This document shows, piece by piece, positions 16,784 through 25,849 of a DNA stretch of 27,952 bases (positions within the stretch are counted from its first letter, which is position 1; each line of letters begins with the position of its first letter). Position numbers and translations under genes: made by a program. Below the pieces are notes generated by a model. It did no database searches. It worked only from the letters and a program-made list of their open reading frames with translations, and was not told the origin of the DNA. This stretch comes from Candidatus Hermodarchaeota archaeon (GTDB lineage: Archaea; Asgardarchaeota; Hermodarchaeia; Hermodarchaeales; Hermodarchaeaceae). The stretch lies in contig JAEOTB010000079.1 of the NCBI GenBank assembly GCA_016840065.1, forward strand, positions 1-27,952, written 5' to 3'.

Positions 16784-18358
16784 ATGCCTCCTTCACCCCT
16801 TCCTAAAAGACTAGAAAAAATATTACGAGGGTTCATTGAGAAAGCAGAGAAGATGTTAGACGTCAAGATGGAAGGGAAATTGCCACAGATTCATGTTCAA
16901 GACAGAGAACCAGACTTTGAGCGTCCTGATTTAGGGATGCATTCTGGAGAAACGGAGTTGGTCCTGCCCAAGTGTGATGAATTTCTGTATAAAGGCCTAT
17001 TAGCTATGGAAGCGTTCAGGCGATTGCTCCCTGCGTCAATTTCTGGGTTACCCCAGGGTCTGGATTTAGCCTGGGCATTCGCATATACACAATTTGGTAA
17101 AACTGAGCGAAAGAAGTGGAAGGATATCTGGCGAAGGGTCACAAAACCAGTTGATGTAGGTGATATTGTCCACTACCCGGTTGAAGCTTTTACACTATTG
17201 ACAGAGATGAATCCCAAACAGGGTCTGGCAGAACTAATTAGCATCTTCCGTGAACTTGATCGATATCATGAGACAATTGATACTGAGGAGTTTGTACGTC
17301 TCGTAGAAGACTTCTTCACCCATTATGAAAATAAACTATCTGAACGAGAAGTAAGGATACTTGAAGCTGTTTCAAGTGAACCAGATATCGATTATGAGGT
17401 GCTGTCTGAAAGGCTTCACATAGAACAGAGTAAAATCTCTGCTACAGTAACGTCGTTGAAAAGGCGAGGGATTCTCTTTCTCGCTGATTCCCCCGACTTT
17501 CAGCGTTTAGGTTACAGCTTTCATTACCTCTATCTGATTCCCCAAAAAACCTCTGGAGCGCAGGTTCTAACAGTGCTTCGTCACTCTCCTCATCTTTACG
17601 GCCTCGGAGAATTTACCGATGGACATGGAGGATGTCTCGCACACCTAATCATTCCCTCTTGGCTAGAGGTCGAAGAGGAGTTACAGGGATTAAAGCATCT
17701 CTTGGAACCGTATTGTCAACATGATAGGTGCCAAGTCTTCAGATTTGTACGGGGCTATTCCCACCGGAGTTTCCGACACTATTCACTAAAGGAAAACGAG
17801 TGGAGAATCCCTTGGCAATCTTGGTCACTCTGGTTGAAGAGGATTCTCACACACCGGGAACTAGCATCGGTTTTAGATGTAACATCAAGTACTATTTCAG
17901 GGAGGGAGGAAAAGCCAGTAGTAATAGACGATTTAGACTGGGCTATCTTGAGGGAGGTTAGTCAGGGTGAATCGCGAGCACGCCAGCTCCGTAAAAAACT
18001 AGGAATAGGATCGAATCTTCTGCGAGATCGAATCCAGCGACTCCGTAAGGAAGGCGTGATCAGACCGATATCAGGAGTGCTTTGTGTTGGTTTGAGCGAA
18101 CCTGTATTCCTCATAATTCAGGGAGAACCTGAAGAATTATGGCCAATGCTTGCCGCCTTTGACGAATTACCCTACCATTATTCAAAAGAAATCGATGGTG
18201 ATATTCGAGGACTTTACTCAACACTGTACCTTCCTCAGGGTGAAGGAACAGCATTCGCCCATTACCTTCACAAGTACATGAAAGAATATCACATTCATTT
18301 CCATCTTGGTAAGAGTATCCCATTGAGTTATTGGGAACTCCCTTCTCGTCCTAAATGA
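16784..18358 (+). CDS. Putative transcription regulator, paralogue 2 of 14402-15982
   Basis: Colinear with paralogue 1: 'R.DLG', 'KG.LAMEAF..LLP.SI.GL.Q...LA.AFAY.Q', 'W.I.W..W.LWLKR.L', 'ELPYH.S.E..GD..GL...LYLP.GE'. Two Lrp-like HTHs. Confidence 0.75.
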   Translation: MPPSPLPKRLEKILRGFIEKAEKMLDVKMEGKLPQIHVQDREPDFERPDLGMHSGETELVLPKCDEFLYKGLLAMEAFRRLLPASISGLPQGLDLAWAFAYTQFGKTERKKWKDIWRRVTKPVDVGDIVHYPVEAFTLLTEMNPKQGLAELISIFRELDRYHETIDTEEFVRLVEDFFTHYENKLSEREVRILEAVSSEPDIDYEVLSERLHIEQSKISATVTSLKRRGILFLADSPDFQRLGYSFHYLYLIPQKTSGAQVLTVLRHSPHLYGLGEFTDGHGGCLAHLIIPSWLEVEEELQGLKHLLEPYCQHDRCQVFRFVRGYSHRSFRHYSLKENEWRIPWQSWSLWLKRILTHRELASVLDVTSSTISGREEKPVVIDDLDWAILREVSQGESRARQLRKKLGIGSNLLRDRIQRLRKEGVIRPISGVLCVGLSEPVFLIIQGEPEELWPMLAAFDELPYHYSKEIDGDIRGLYSTLYLPQGEGTAFAHYLHKYMKEYHIHFHLGKSIPLSYWELPSRPK

Positions 18359-18382
18359 GGATTCACGTTTGCAGTCTTATAG

Positions 18383-19702
18383 CTAGCTATCCGCTGTTTC
18401 CTCGGGGTCCACTAGGGGTTCACCGAGGTTCTCTAAGATGCGTTTTGCATGGTATACAATCGCCTTAGCAGGGTCCTGTAGGAGACGGCGCAGTTGAGGG
18501 GCTACTGGACGAGCGTCCTCGCCTAGGAGTGAGAGGGCTCGAACGGCGAAGAGTCGATTGAGTGTATTTCGATCGGTAAACATACGGACATAGGCTGGGA
18601 TGGCAGGTTCTGCCTTGTTGCCTATTCCTTCGAGGATTTCTAAGGCCTCCAACTTGATGTAGATTTCACCATAACGACCACAAGCAATAAGGTGCGTGAG
18701 GAGAGGATAGGGATCAAAGCCAAGGCGGATTAAAGCGTGGACGACTTTGATTTTGATGATTGGGTGATTGGTGACAAGGGCCTCCTCCAGGTCGGGAAGA
18801 GCCTCTTTAGCCGAGTCGCCCATGAGGCCACAAGTGGTTGCGCATAGTAACGCAATGACCGGATTACGGGTTCGGAAACCTTGAATCATTAAGGGGACAG
18901 TGTTTTTCGTGGTTTTCCCATGACGGTAAAGGCTGACAGCGGCAGCTGATTGAATGCCTAGGAGGGGGTGGGTGAGAAGAGGTTCTAGCGCTTCAATAGC
19001 TGATTTGTCACCTTTCTTGGTGGCTAGTCCAAGGGCGACAATAGCGCACGTAACGACATCTTCACTCAAGTCAGAGAGTTGTTTAATGATTTCAGGGATT
19101 GCTGGCTTTGAAGGAGTCCCAAACCTTGCAAGTGCACAGATTGCTTGAGCACGAATAGGGGCTTCTGGGTCACCAAGCAGGGGTGCAACGTCCTCCACAG
19201 CCTTACTTCCTCTGGGTCCAAGATACCGAAACATTGTAACCGCTAGAAGTCGAACTTCCCTGTGTTCATTGCTTAGTAGAGGAGTGATATAGGGGATTAT
19301 CTTTGGACCAGCCATGGCTAGGGTTCCCGCAGCATCCTGTCGTCGACGTCCTCTTTTCTCGATGACGTCCACATACTCCAAGATCTCATCATCTGTCAAC
19401 TCGAGCTCTATAGGAACATCCTCTTCAGGCATGTCAATGTAGATTGGGGCAAGGTGGGCAGCATCTGTTTCTTCAAAGAGGAAATCTATCCCAAGGCTCG
19501 ACTTGACCCTGCTCTTAGAAATCTTTCTGCTCATGTAAAGCTGTAGAACGAAACCAAGGCCAAGTACAACAAAGCCGATGGTCATGACAACAAACAATAA
19601 CAAGTTTAGCGGGTTCAAGAAACCCATCATAACTAGAAGCATTCCAACACAAAGGAAGTGGCGAGAGTACCTTAGGATGAATGGAGGGCGTGGCTGATAC
19701 AT
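18383..19702 (-). CDS. HEAT (PBS-lyase-like) repeat protein with two N-terminal TM helices
   Basis: Repeats such as 'LL.D....VR..A...L..LG...K.AIP.L' run over about 300 aa, after two hydrophobic helices and an acidic linker. Confidence 0.85.
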   Translation of the reverse strand: MYQPRPPFILRYSRHFLCVGMLLVMMGFLNPLNLLLFVVMTIGFVVLGLGFVLQLYMSRKISKSRVKSSLGIDFLFEETDAAHLAPIYIDMPEEDVPIELELTDDEILEYVDVIEKRGRRRQDAAGTLAMAGPKIIPYITPLLSNEHREVRLLAVTMFRYLGPRGSKAVEDVAPLLGDPEAPIRAQAICALARFGTPSKPAIPEIIKQLSDLSEDVVTCAIVALGLATKKGDKSAIEALEPLLTHPLLGIQSAAAVSLYRHGKTTKNTVPLMIQGFRTRNPVIALLCATTCGLMGDSAKEALPDLEEALVTNHPIIKIKVVHALIRLGFDPYPLLTHLIACGRYGEIYIKLEALEILEGIGNKAEPAIPAYVRMFTDRNTLNRLFAVRALSLLGEDARPVAPQLRRLLQDPAKAIVYHAKRILENLGEPLVDPEETADS

Positions 19703-19840
19703 TATATCAAATCCCTTTTTTTCTCAGGTCAATCTCGCACCCTTATAAGCCTTGGGCTTTAGGCTACCTTTGTAACCCTCATTAAAACGGAAACATTATC
19801 AGTTGATTGTTGACAAATAGGAGAGAATCCTAGTAAGGAA

Positions 19841-20377
19841 GTGAAGCAGTTACTCTACGTGATTTGGTTCGTATTTTATACAATCATGTATGTCTGCATC
19901 TGGCTGCTGAACAGACGGTTCAAACCGGGTAGTGAAAGCTGGAAGCGTATCTTTGTAGTGGCGGCGCTATTCGAGGTGCCATTCCAAATCGGCAATATCC
20001 TGGGCATCACAGTATTCAATCTCTGGCTGAATAATGCCACCTCCCCCATAACGCTCCTTGGATCCCCCATAGAGACTATCCCCTTCGCTTTTGGAGCAGC
20101 TGTTATCGCTCTACTGTTTTTCAGAGAATATACCGAGTGGAAACCCACACTTCTACTCTGGCTTATATTGACAATATCATGCGTTTCCCTTGCCTATGTA
20201 TCAACTCTTTATAATTTCATGACCTGGGTTAACTGGAACATTGGCTTCAGTTTCCTTTACTGGCTTTGTCTGATAGGCATCTTAAAGGGGATGCAGCTCC
20301 TGATAGATTACCTGTTCCCAATCAGAGGACGAGTTGGTCCTATTACCCAACAGGAGGCTATTCCGGAAGATGATTAA
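19841..20377 (+). CDS. Integral membrane protein (about 5 TM)
   Basis: Five hydrophobic segments and a GTG start after AAGGAA. 'LW......LLGSPIE' loosely recalls lycopene-cyclase-like membrane domains (weak). Confidence 0.7.
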   Translation: MKQLLYVIWFVFYTIMYVCIWLLNRRFKPGSESWKRIFVVAALFEVPFQIGNILGITVFNLWLNNATSPITLLGSPIETIPFAFGAAVIALLFFREYTEWKPTLLLWLILTISCVSLAYVSTLYNFMTWVNWNIGFSFLYWLCLIGILKGMQLLIDYLFPIRGRVGPITQQEAIPEDD

Positions 20378-21461
20378 TTTCTCTTTCCTTCTTCCATTGT
20401 TTGCTGCAATCATCCTCTTCTTCTTGGTAGCTTTGGTTCTCCACCGCTTCATCAAAATCCGTCTAATCACGTTGCCTATATTAGCAGTGGTACCCTTGGG
20501 CTTTGCCATCTGGATGACGAATCGCACCATGGCTGCATCGTTGTTGACTCCGGTGGATTTGTTCCGCATCAACAACCTGTGTTACATAATAGGAATCTTG
20601 TTTCTCGTCTTCTTCGTCGATATTACGTCAAAGGGTAACCCAAGCTGGAAGAGCATCCTCTTTGCCTTCTGGGCAGGGGGTCTAACTATCGGAGCCCTTT
20701 TCCTAGATGTTTATACCATCCAGTACAAACTAGGAGTGGGATGGGTTCAACTCTGGGAACAGCCCCTCTTCTACATCTTCCTTTATCTTCTTGAATTCGT
20801 TATCGCCATTTTCGTCTTTGGGCTCCACATCACACGTGCATATCAGCGCAATAAAGGGTACAACAAGGAATTACTGAAACGTGTGGTCTTGATATTCTAC
20901 TTGTCAATTCTTGGTGTCTTCATCTTCACGGCTCTACGCCAGCTGCGGTTCCTCGATTACCCCTACATCAACAGCATTGATGCTCTCTTCTTCGCCATAG
21001 GGTTCGGTTACATAGCTTGGCAGTACATCAGGCTTCCTCATCTCTTCCATTTGGATGTCCTTGATATCCAGCTCTACGGTTTATTCGTCTACGACAATGA
21101 TGGTCCTCTACTTTATTCCTACCAATTCCAGCCTACTGCCGATTTCAAGGACCGAGAGGATATGATTACTGCTGCACTATCGGGGATTGACACTCTCATC
21201 AAGGACATTCTTTCTAGTGATGAGGTGCTTCAGGAGATCAGGCAGGAATCAAACGTCCTACTCCTTGAGCGAGGCGACCGCATCACCCTTGGTCTAGTCT
21301 GTAACCACTCGACACTGATTACACGTAACTGGCTCTTACAGTTCCGCTTTGAATTCGAGAAGATTTTCGCTGACGTACTAGAGAAATACTTCACTACACA
21401 TAAAATCAAGTTTCTAGCCAATCCCGATCTTCTTGTCCGGAGAATCTTCCTCCACGAATGA
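20370..21461 (+). CDS. 7-TM membrane protein with C-terminal longin/roadblock-like domain
   Basis: Seven hydrophobic helices, then 'LYGLFVYDNDGPLLYSYQF...DMITAALSGIDTLIKDIL...LQEIRQESNVLLLERGDRITLGLV...LLQFRFEFEKIF' (beta-beta-alpha-beta-beta-beta-alpha longin order). The ATG at 20370 overlaps the upstream gene by 8 nt. Confidence 0.78.
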   Translation: MINFSFLLPLFAAIILFFLVALVLHRFIKIRLITLPILAVVPLGFAIWMTNRTMAASLLTPVDLFRINNLCYIIGILFLVFFVDITSKGNPSWKSILFAFWAGGLTIGALFLDVYTIQYKLGVGWVQLWEQPLFYIFLYLLEFVIAIFVFGLHITRAYQRNKGYNKELLKRVVLIFYLSILGVFIFTALRQLRFLDYPYINSIDALFFAIGFGYIAWQYIRLPHLFHLDVLDIQLYGLFVYDNDGPLLYSYQFQPTADFKDREDMITAALSGIDTLIKDILSSDEVLQEIRQESNVLLLERGDRITLGLVCNHSTLITRNWLLQFRFEFEKIFADVLEKYFTTHKIKFLANPDLLVRRIFLHE

Positions 21462-21562
21462 AAGCAGAATGTCTTTACAAATGAAACAGATTAGTGAGCT
21501 ATTACATCCGTAAACCCGTAGAATATGCTTCGAATGCACACAAGCAAGAAACACCAAGGCAG

Positions 21563-22232
21563 TTGAACAAATTGAACTCGGTTACAATTAGCTATCAAAC
21601 AGTTGGCGGAGAAAAGCAAGACAAGATTGCAAAACAGGTAAGGGATCTCTACCTAACAAATAGAGAGATAATCTCGATCAGATTAGAATCCCTCTCGCAG
21701 TTCCCCGACCTCACACATAGACCTTTCAGAAAACTTACTCATACAAATTTCCCTCGAACCCCTTGGCCGATGTCCAAAGCTAGAAAGGCTGTATCTGCGC
21801 CGAAACCAGCTCGAAACCGTAGACCTCTCTTTTCTTCAATTTTGTGTTGCCTTTTCAAGCCTCAATGCTTCTCACAATAAATTGAGAAATATCCGACTCG
21901 ACCCGTTCAGTCACTGTACGAAATTAAACGGACTCTTTCTTCACAACAACCAACTAGAAAACATCGACCTTGAACCCATCTCAGCCTGCATCAACCTGAG
22001 AACATTGAACCTGGCCAACAACAGCCTAGAAAAGATTGACCTTGAACCACTTCGCCAGTGCACGAAATTGCGTACCCTCAACCTTAGAGGAAACCAGCTG
22101 AGGTCGGTTGACCTCGAACCACTAACAAACAGCTTGTCTCTAAGGAGCCTTGATCTGTCAAAGAACCCCATTGACAGCCTTGATACTACGCCACTAACTA
22201 GCCATAAACGGTTAAAGATAACTAAGTCCTAG
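21563..22232 (+). pseudogene. Leucine-rich repeat protein split by a frameshift at about 21712-21720 (pseudogene, phase variant or assembly error)
   Basis: Frame 1 gives 'NSVTISYQT...LYLTNREIISIRLESLSQFPDLTH'. From 21720 the frame of the 21882 ORF gives 'DLSENLLIQISLEPLGRCPKLERLYLRRNQLETVDLSFL...', continuing 22-aa LRRs to 22232. Confidence 0.85.
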
Positions 22233-22249
22233 CTCGCAGAGCTACCTTC

Positions 22250-23272
22250 TTAGGATAGCTCCAGAGTGTGTATGTACAACCGGAACGCCTCTTTGAAACC
22301 AAGGCGGCCATAGAATCTGATAGCAGAAGCATTTTCAGCGTCAACAAACAGGGTTAACGCCTGATACCCCTTCGCAGATAGCACCTCCATACTCTTGGAG
22401 AGAAGCAAAGTCCCCAATCCTCGTCTTTGATAATCAGGATCTATGGCGATGGGGCAAAGATTCGCCAGATTGGGGCGGTCTTTGAGGAAGTAAAGATTTG
22501 CAAACCCAACCAGAGTTTCTCCATCAGTAAGTGCCAATGAAGCCTCGGGTATTTGATATTCACGACCCTCTCTGTTCATCAAGGTTTCCCGATTCTCTGG
22601 TCCGGTTCGAAGGTGAAATTCGTTATCCCTGCAGGATGAGAAAGCTTTGCAATAGATGTCGAAGACCTGTTGGAAGTCAATATCGTTTAGAGGTTTGATA
22701 TCTAAGCCAGAGGTATAGGCAGATGGCATTAACCTATGGAAATCGAAAGAGGAGAAGCGTTGGAGGGGCCTAATGAATCCCGGTGTCTGAAAGGGCTCCG
22801 CGAATCCGCAACTACGATACCAGGAGCTATAGTCACTGTATCCTCTTTCTCTCCCAGGCAGTAGATCAAAACGGGTCCAGGCCATTCTTGACCCTTTCTC
22901 CTTGGCAATCCTAATACCTGCATTGATTAGCTGTGGAGCCAGTTGAAAGGCATTCGTACCATTCCTAAGATAAGGCATCCATGATGCAAAATGCGCGTGA
23001 CCGTCTCCAGCATATTTAATACTCAAGAAACCAGAAAGCCGGTTACTCTCCTCAGCAATGATCATGTGATCACTTCCTTTCCACATAACCTCAAGGATTT
23101 GTCGAACATGATCACTCGTCATCAAAGGAGAAATCAACCCATTTCTCGTAAAGGTATCAAGAGCTAATCGTAAAACTTGGGAGAAGTCTAGCTCTTCTTT
23201 TTCACAGGTTCTGATTCTCAAATTACTTTGAACCATCCCACCGTTTGTGAATCCAGAAAAAGTACTAGCCAA
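22250..23272 (-). CDS. Tandem GNAT N-acetyltransferase
   Basis: C-terminal motif A 'IAIDPDYQRRGLGTLLL' and 'VDAENASAIRFYGRLGF'. A degenerate N-terminal GNAT ends in 'WYRSCGF'. Confidence 0.88.
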   Translation of the reverse strand: MASTFSGFTNGGMVQSNLRIRTCEKEELDFSQVLRLALDTFTRNGLISPLMTSDHVRQILEVMWKGSDHMIIAEESNRLSGFLSIKYAGDGHAHFASWMPYLRNGTNAFQLAPQLINAGIRIAKEKGSRMAWTRFDLLPGRERGYSDYSSWYRSCGFAEPFQTPGFIRPLQRFSSFDFHRLMPSAYTSGLDIKPLNDIDFQQVFDIYCKAFSSCRDNEFHLRTGPENRETLMNREGREYQIPEASLALTDGETLVGFANLYFLKDRPNLANLCPIAIDPDYQRRGLGTLLLSKSMEVLSAKGYQALTLFVDAENASAIRFYGRLGFKEAFRLYIHTLELS

Positions 23273-23305
23273 TATAGGTTATAACTATTTACATGGGATG
23301 CTGGT

Positions 23306-24499
23306 TCATTCTAAATCCTTAGGCCGAAGGGGAGTTCGACAATTCGGGCAAGTGCCTTTCACTCTAATCCATTCTAGAAGATGAGTGCGATGAGAGAGTT
23401 CTTCACAGTTTGGGCATTTCAGCCACTCCTCATTGAAGTCGATTTGCCGCTTACACAATAGGCATCGGTACCTTGGTTCCCCGCACACAAGGCACTTTGC
23501 ACTCCCGGGTTCGAGTTCCTTACCACAGATGACGCAGCGGCTTGGCAGCCCAGTGTCCCTTGCGGGTTCTGGTGTACCGATTTTATCAGCAAGCATAATC
23601 ATGTGACCCGTTTTTTCCAAGTAGTCTAGTGCTGCGTGGCTGAGGTAGATAGTCAATTTGAGGTCTAGAACAAGCTGAGCAGGGGTTGGGATGCACTGAT
23701 GTTCAAGCCCAAAGGCAATAGCCTTCTGCGCTGCATTCTCCAGCTCTTCAGTTGAAACCCTCATATCCTTTCCTAGGGGATTCTCGATATATGCTAGTAC
23801 CTTAGGGTAGAACTCTTCTGGGATTTTCAGCGTCCCATAAGCTTCAAGATCGTCTGGTCGGCGGTTGTAGATGCGCTCGAACTTGAGCACTTCAAGACCG
23901 AACTCTTCCAACTGGTCCTCCTCGGTCTTAACCCACTGTACTTCACGCATGGCTAGCTGAAGACTCTCTGGTACTTCTCTGAACTTGACTCCCTTATACT
24001 TGACGCTGGCGAAGAGCTTGCCCGCGTGAGTAAAATGCTTCAACCTCTTGCATTCAAAGAGGGGGCTGATGTCCAAGTACTTCAGGGGGTTCCCAGCCAG
24101 TTGCAGGTATTCCAGTTGATGGTGGAAACGAAGGGGACCAAGTTCCAGAGACTGAAGCTTATTGTACCTGAGATCGAGGATCTCAAGGGACAGGCAGGAG
24201 CGGATGGGGCCAAGGTCTAGGTCTGCAAGCACGTTCAGCCCTAGCTTGAGCTTGCGGAGGTCCAGACAAGCAGCTAAAGGAGATAAATCAAGGTTTTCCA
24301 GCTGGTGTCCTGTAAGGTCTAGGGATTCCAAGTCAAAGTGTTTTTCCAAGGGTGCTAGGTCTATGCTTATCATCCGGTCATTGGGTTTGACCTTCAGAGT
24401 TTCAGCAGAAAGGTCCAACTCGGCCTCATCTAGTTTCACCTTGACCTTTCGCTGCTTCCGAACTGTTCTGTATTTGAGGGTTATCTTGCCCAACTTCAT
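23306..24499 (-). CDS. LRR, helical/wH-like region, Zn-ribbon and RING finger (putative E3 ligase)
   Basis: About 5-6 22-aa LRRs ('LESLDLTGHQLENLDLSPL'). Zn ribbon 'CVIC-x10-CLVC'. RING 'CLLC-x12-CPNC-x4-HRTH-x10-CPNC-R'. Confidence 0.88.
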   Translation of the reverse strand: MKLGKITLKYRTVRKQRKVKVKLDEAELDLSAETLKVKPNDRMISIDLAPLEKHFDLESLDLTGHQLENLDLSPLAACLDLRKLKLGLNVLADLDLGPIRSCLSLEILDLRYNKLQSLELGPLRFHHQLEYLQLAGNPLKYLDISPLFECKRLKHFTHAGKLFASVKYKGVKFREVPESLQLAMREVQWVKTEEDQLEEFGLEVLKFERIYNRRPDDLEAYGTLKIPEEFYPKVLAYIENPLGKDMRVSTEELENAAQKAIAFGLEHQCIPTPAQLVLDLKLTIYLSHAALDYLEKTGHMIMLADKIGTPEPARDTGLPSRCVICGKELEPGSAKCLVCGEPRYRCLLCKRQIDFNEEWLKCPNCEELSHRTHLLEWIRVKGTCPNCRTPLRPKDLE

Positions 24500-24733
24500 A
24501 TCCCGACTAGAAACTATTGACTAATACTAGTAAACTGGGTTTATCATCTTTCGCTTTCCCAAAAATGACATAAAGAATTAATACTGGAGATATGTCTCAA
24601 TACTCTGGGAAATGTGTCTCTAAGGGAGCGAAAACTACGACGTGGGGATGTGACCTGAGGCTTAGCGATGTATTTTCCTTGACAATTCCAGCCTATTTTT
24701 ATCATCTGGCTTCATAGCTAGCTGAGTCAATAT

Positions 24734-25840
24734 GTGATGGTGAATCGTGTGATTATTGTCTCTAAGCAGAGTGTGGGAGACTGTTACACCATCGGAGAAG
24801 CGCTAGCTGATGCTGAACCGGGTAGCCGAATCATGATCAAGCCAGGCGTCTACCAGGAAAGCATCGTCCTCGATAGACCCGTCGAGCTGCTGGGGGACGG
24901 TCCAGTTGATGAGGTTATCATTCAAAGCAGCGAGGGAAACTGCATCCGAATGGAGGCGGGCAACGCTGTGCTTCGGGGAATGACCCTACTGCTCGAGACC
25001 GACCCCTCTCTGGAATACTTCGCCCTTGATATTCCCCAGGGGGAGCTGGTGGTGGAAGACTGTGATATCTCATCCAACTCGCTAGCATGTGTGGGCATCT
25101 ACGGTAAGGCATCTAATCCAGTACTCCGTCGCTGCCGAGTCCACCACAGCAAACAGGATTCAGGAATAATGGTCTATGAGGAAGGCGGAGGGACCATCGT
25201 GGAGTGTGAAATCTTCGAGAACAACCTTCACGGAATAGAGATCAGCGAGGGAGCCACCACCATCGTGAGATGCTGTAAGATACACAGCAATGGGCAAAGC
25301 GGCGTCGACGGGTACGACAACACCCAAGGACTCGTCGAGGACTGCGAAATCTACGGCAACGGCTTCCACGGTATCTCCACCAATGCAGGCGGCAACCCTG
25401 TAATCAAGAGCTGCCGAATCCATGACAACAGCCAGAATGGCTTCTTCTCCTATCAGGAGGGCAAAGGGATTGTTGAGGTTTGCGACATCATCGATAACGG
25501 CTACCAGGGCGTAGAAATCCGTGAGGAGGGCGACCCGGTAATTCGACACACCAGAATACGTGCCAGCGGCCAGTCAGGCATCCATGTATGGCAGGACGGC
25601 AAGGGAACCATCGAGAACTGTGACATCATTGAAAACGGAGAATACGGAGTAGCAATAAGGTTCAAAGGAAATCCAGTCATTCGCAAATGTAGAATCAGCC
25701 GAAACGGCAATGTTGGCGTCTATGTCTGGGACGGAGGTAGGGGTACTGTGGAGGAATGCGTCCTCACTGACAATACTGGGGGCTCTTGGTTTCTAGAGCC
25801 CGACTGCCTGCTCAAACGGCATAAGAACACAGAGACGTGA
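24734..25840 (+). CDS. Right-handed parallel beta-helix (PbH1/CASH-like) repeat protein
   Basis: N-cap 'YTIGEALADAEPGSRIMIKPGVYQESIVLDRPVELLGDG' followed by 23-aa repeats 'G.P.I..C.I..N...G..V...G.G.IE.C.I..N'. No signal peptide. Confidence 0.9.
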   Translation: MMVNRVIIVSKQSVGDCYTIGEALADAEPGSRIMIKPGVYQESIVLDRPVELLGDGPVDEVIIQSSEGNCIRMEAGNAVLRGMTLLLETDPSLEYFALDIPQGELVVEDCDISSNSLACVGIYGKASNPVLRRCRVHHSKQDSGIMVYEEGGGTIVECEIFENNLHGIEISEGATTIVRCCKIHSNGQSGVDGYDNTQGLVEDCEIYGNGFHGISTNAGGNPVIKSCRIHDNSQNGFFSYQEGKGIVEVCDIIDNGYQGVEIREEGDPVIRHTRIRASGQSGIHVWQDGKGTIENCDIIENGEYGVAIRFKGNPVIRKCRISRNGNVGVYVWDGGRGTVEECVLTDNTGGSWFLEPDCLLKRHKNTET

Positions 25841-25849
25841 CAATCGTAG

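Noticed and set aside
21494-21880. 128-aa ORF as an independent gene
   Set aside because: Its first part is the LRR gene N-terminus. The rest is out-of-frame read-through after the frameshift.
24540-24707. Direct repeat TTTATCATCT (24540 and 24698) flanking a 41-codon ORF, possibly a target-site duplication
   Set aside because: Both copies sit at TATA-like distances from the two divergent starts, so promoter elements explain them. No transposon features lie between them.
25838-25849. Sec/Pyl readthrough fusing the beta-helix to the RING tail
   Set aside because: It would need two different stops to be read through and would still lack the first half of the RING.
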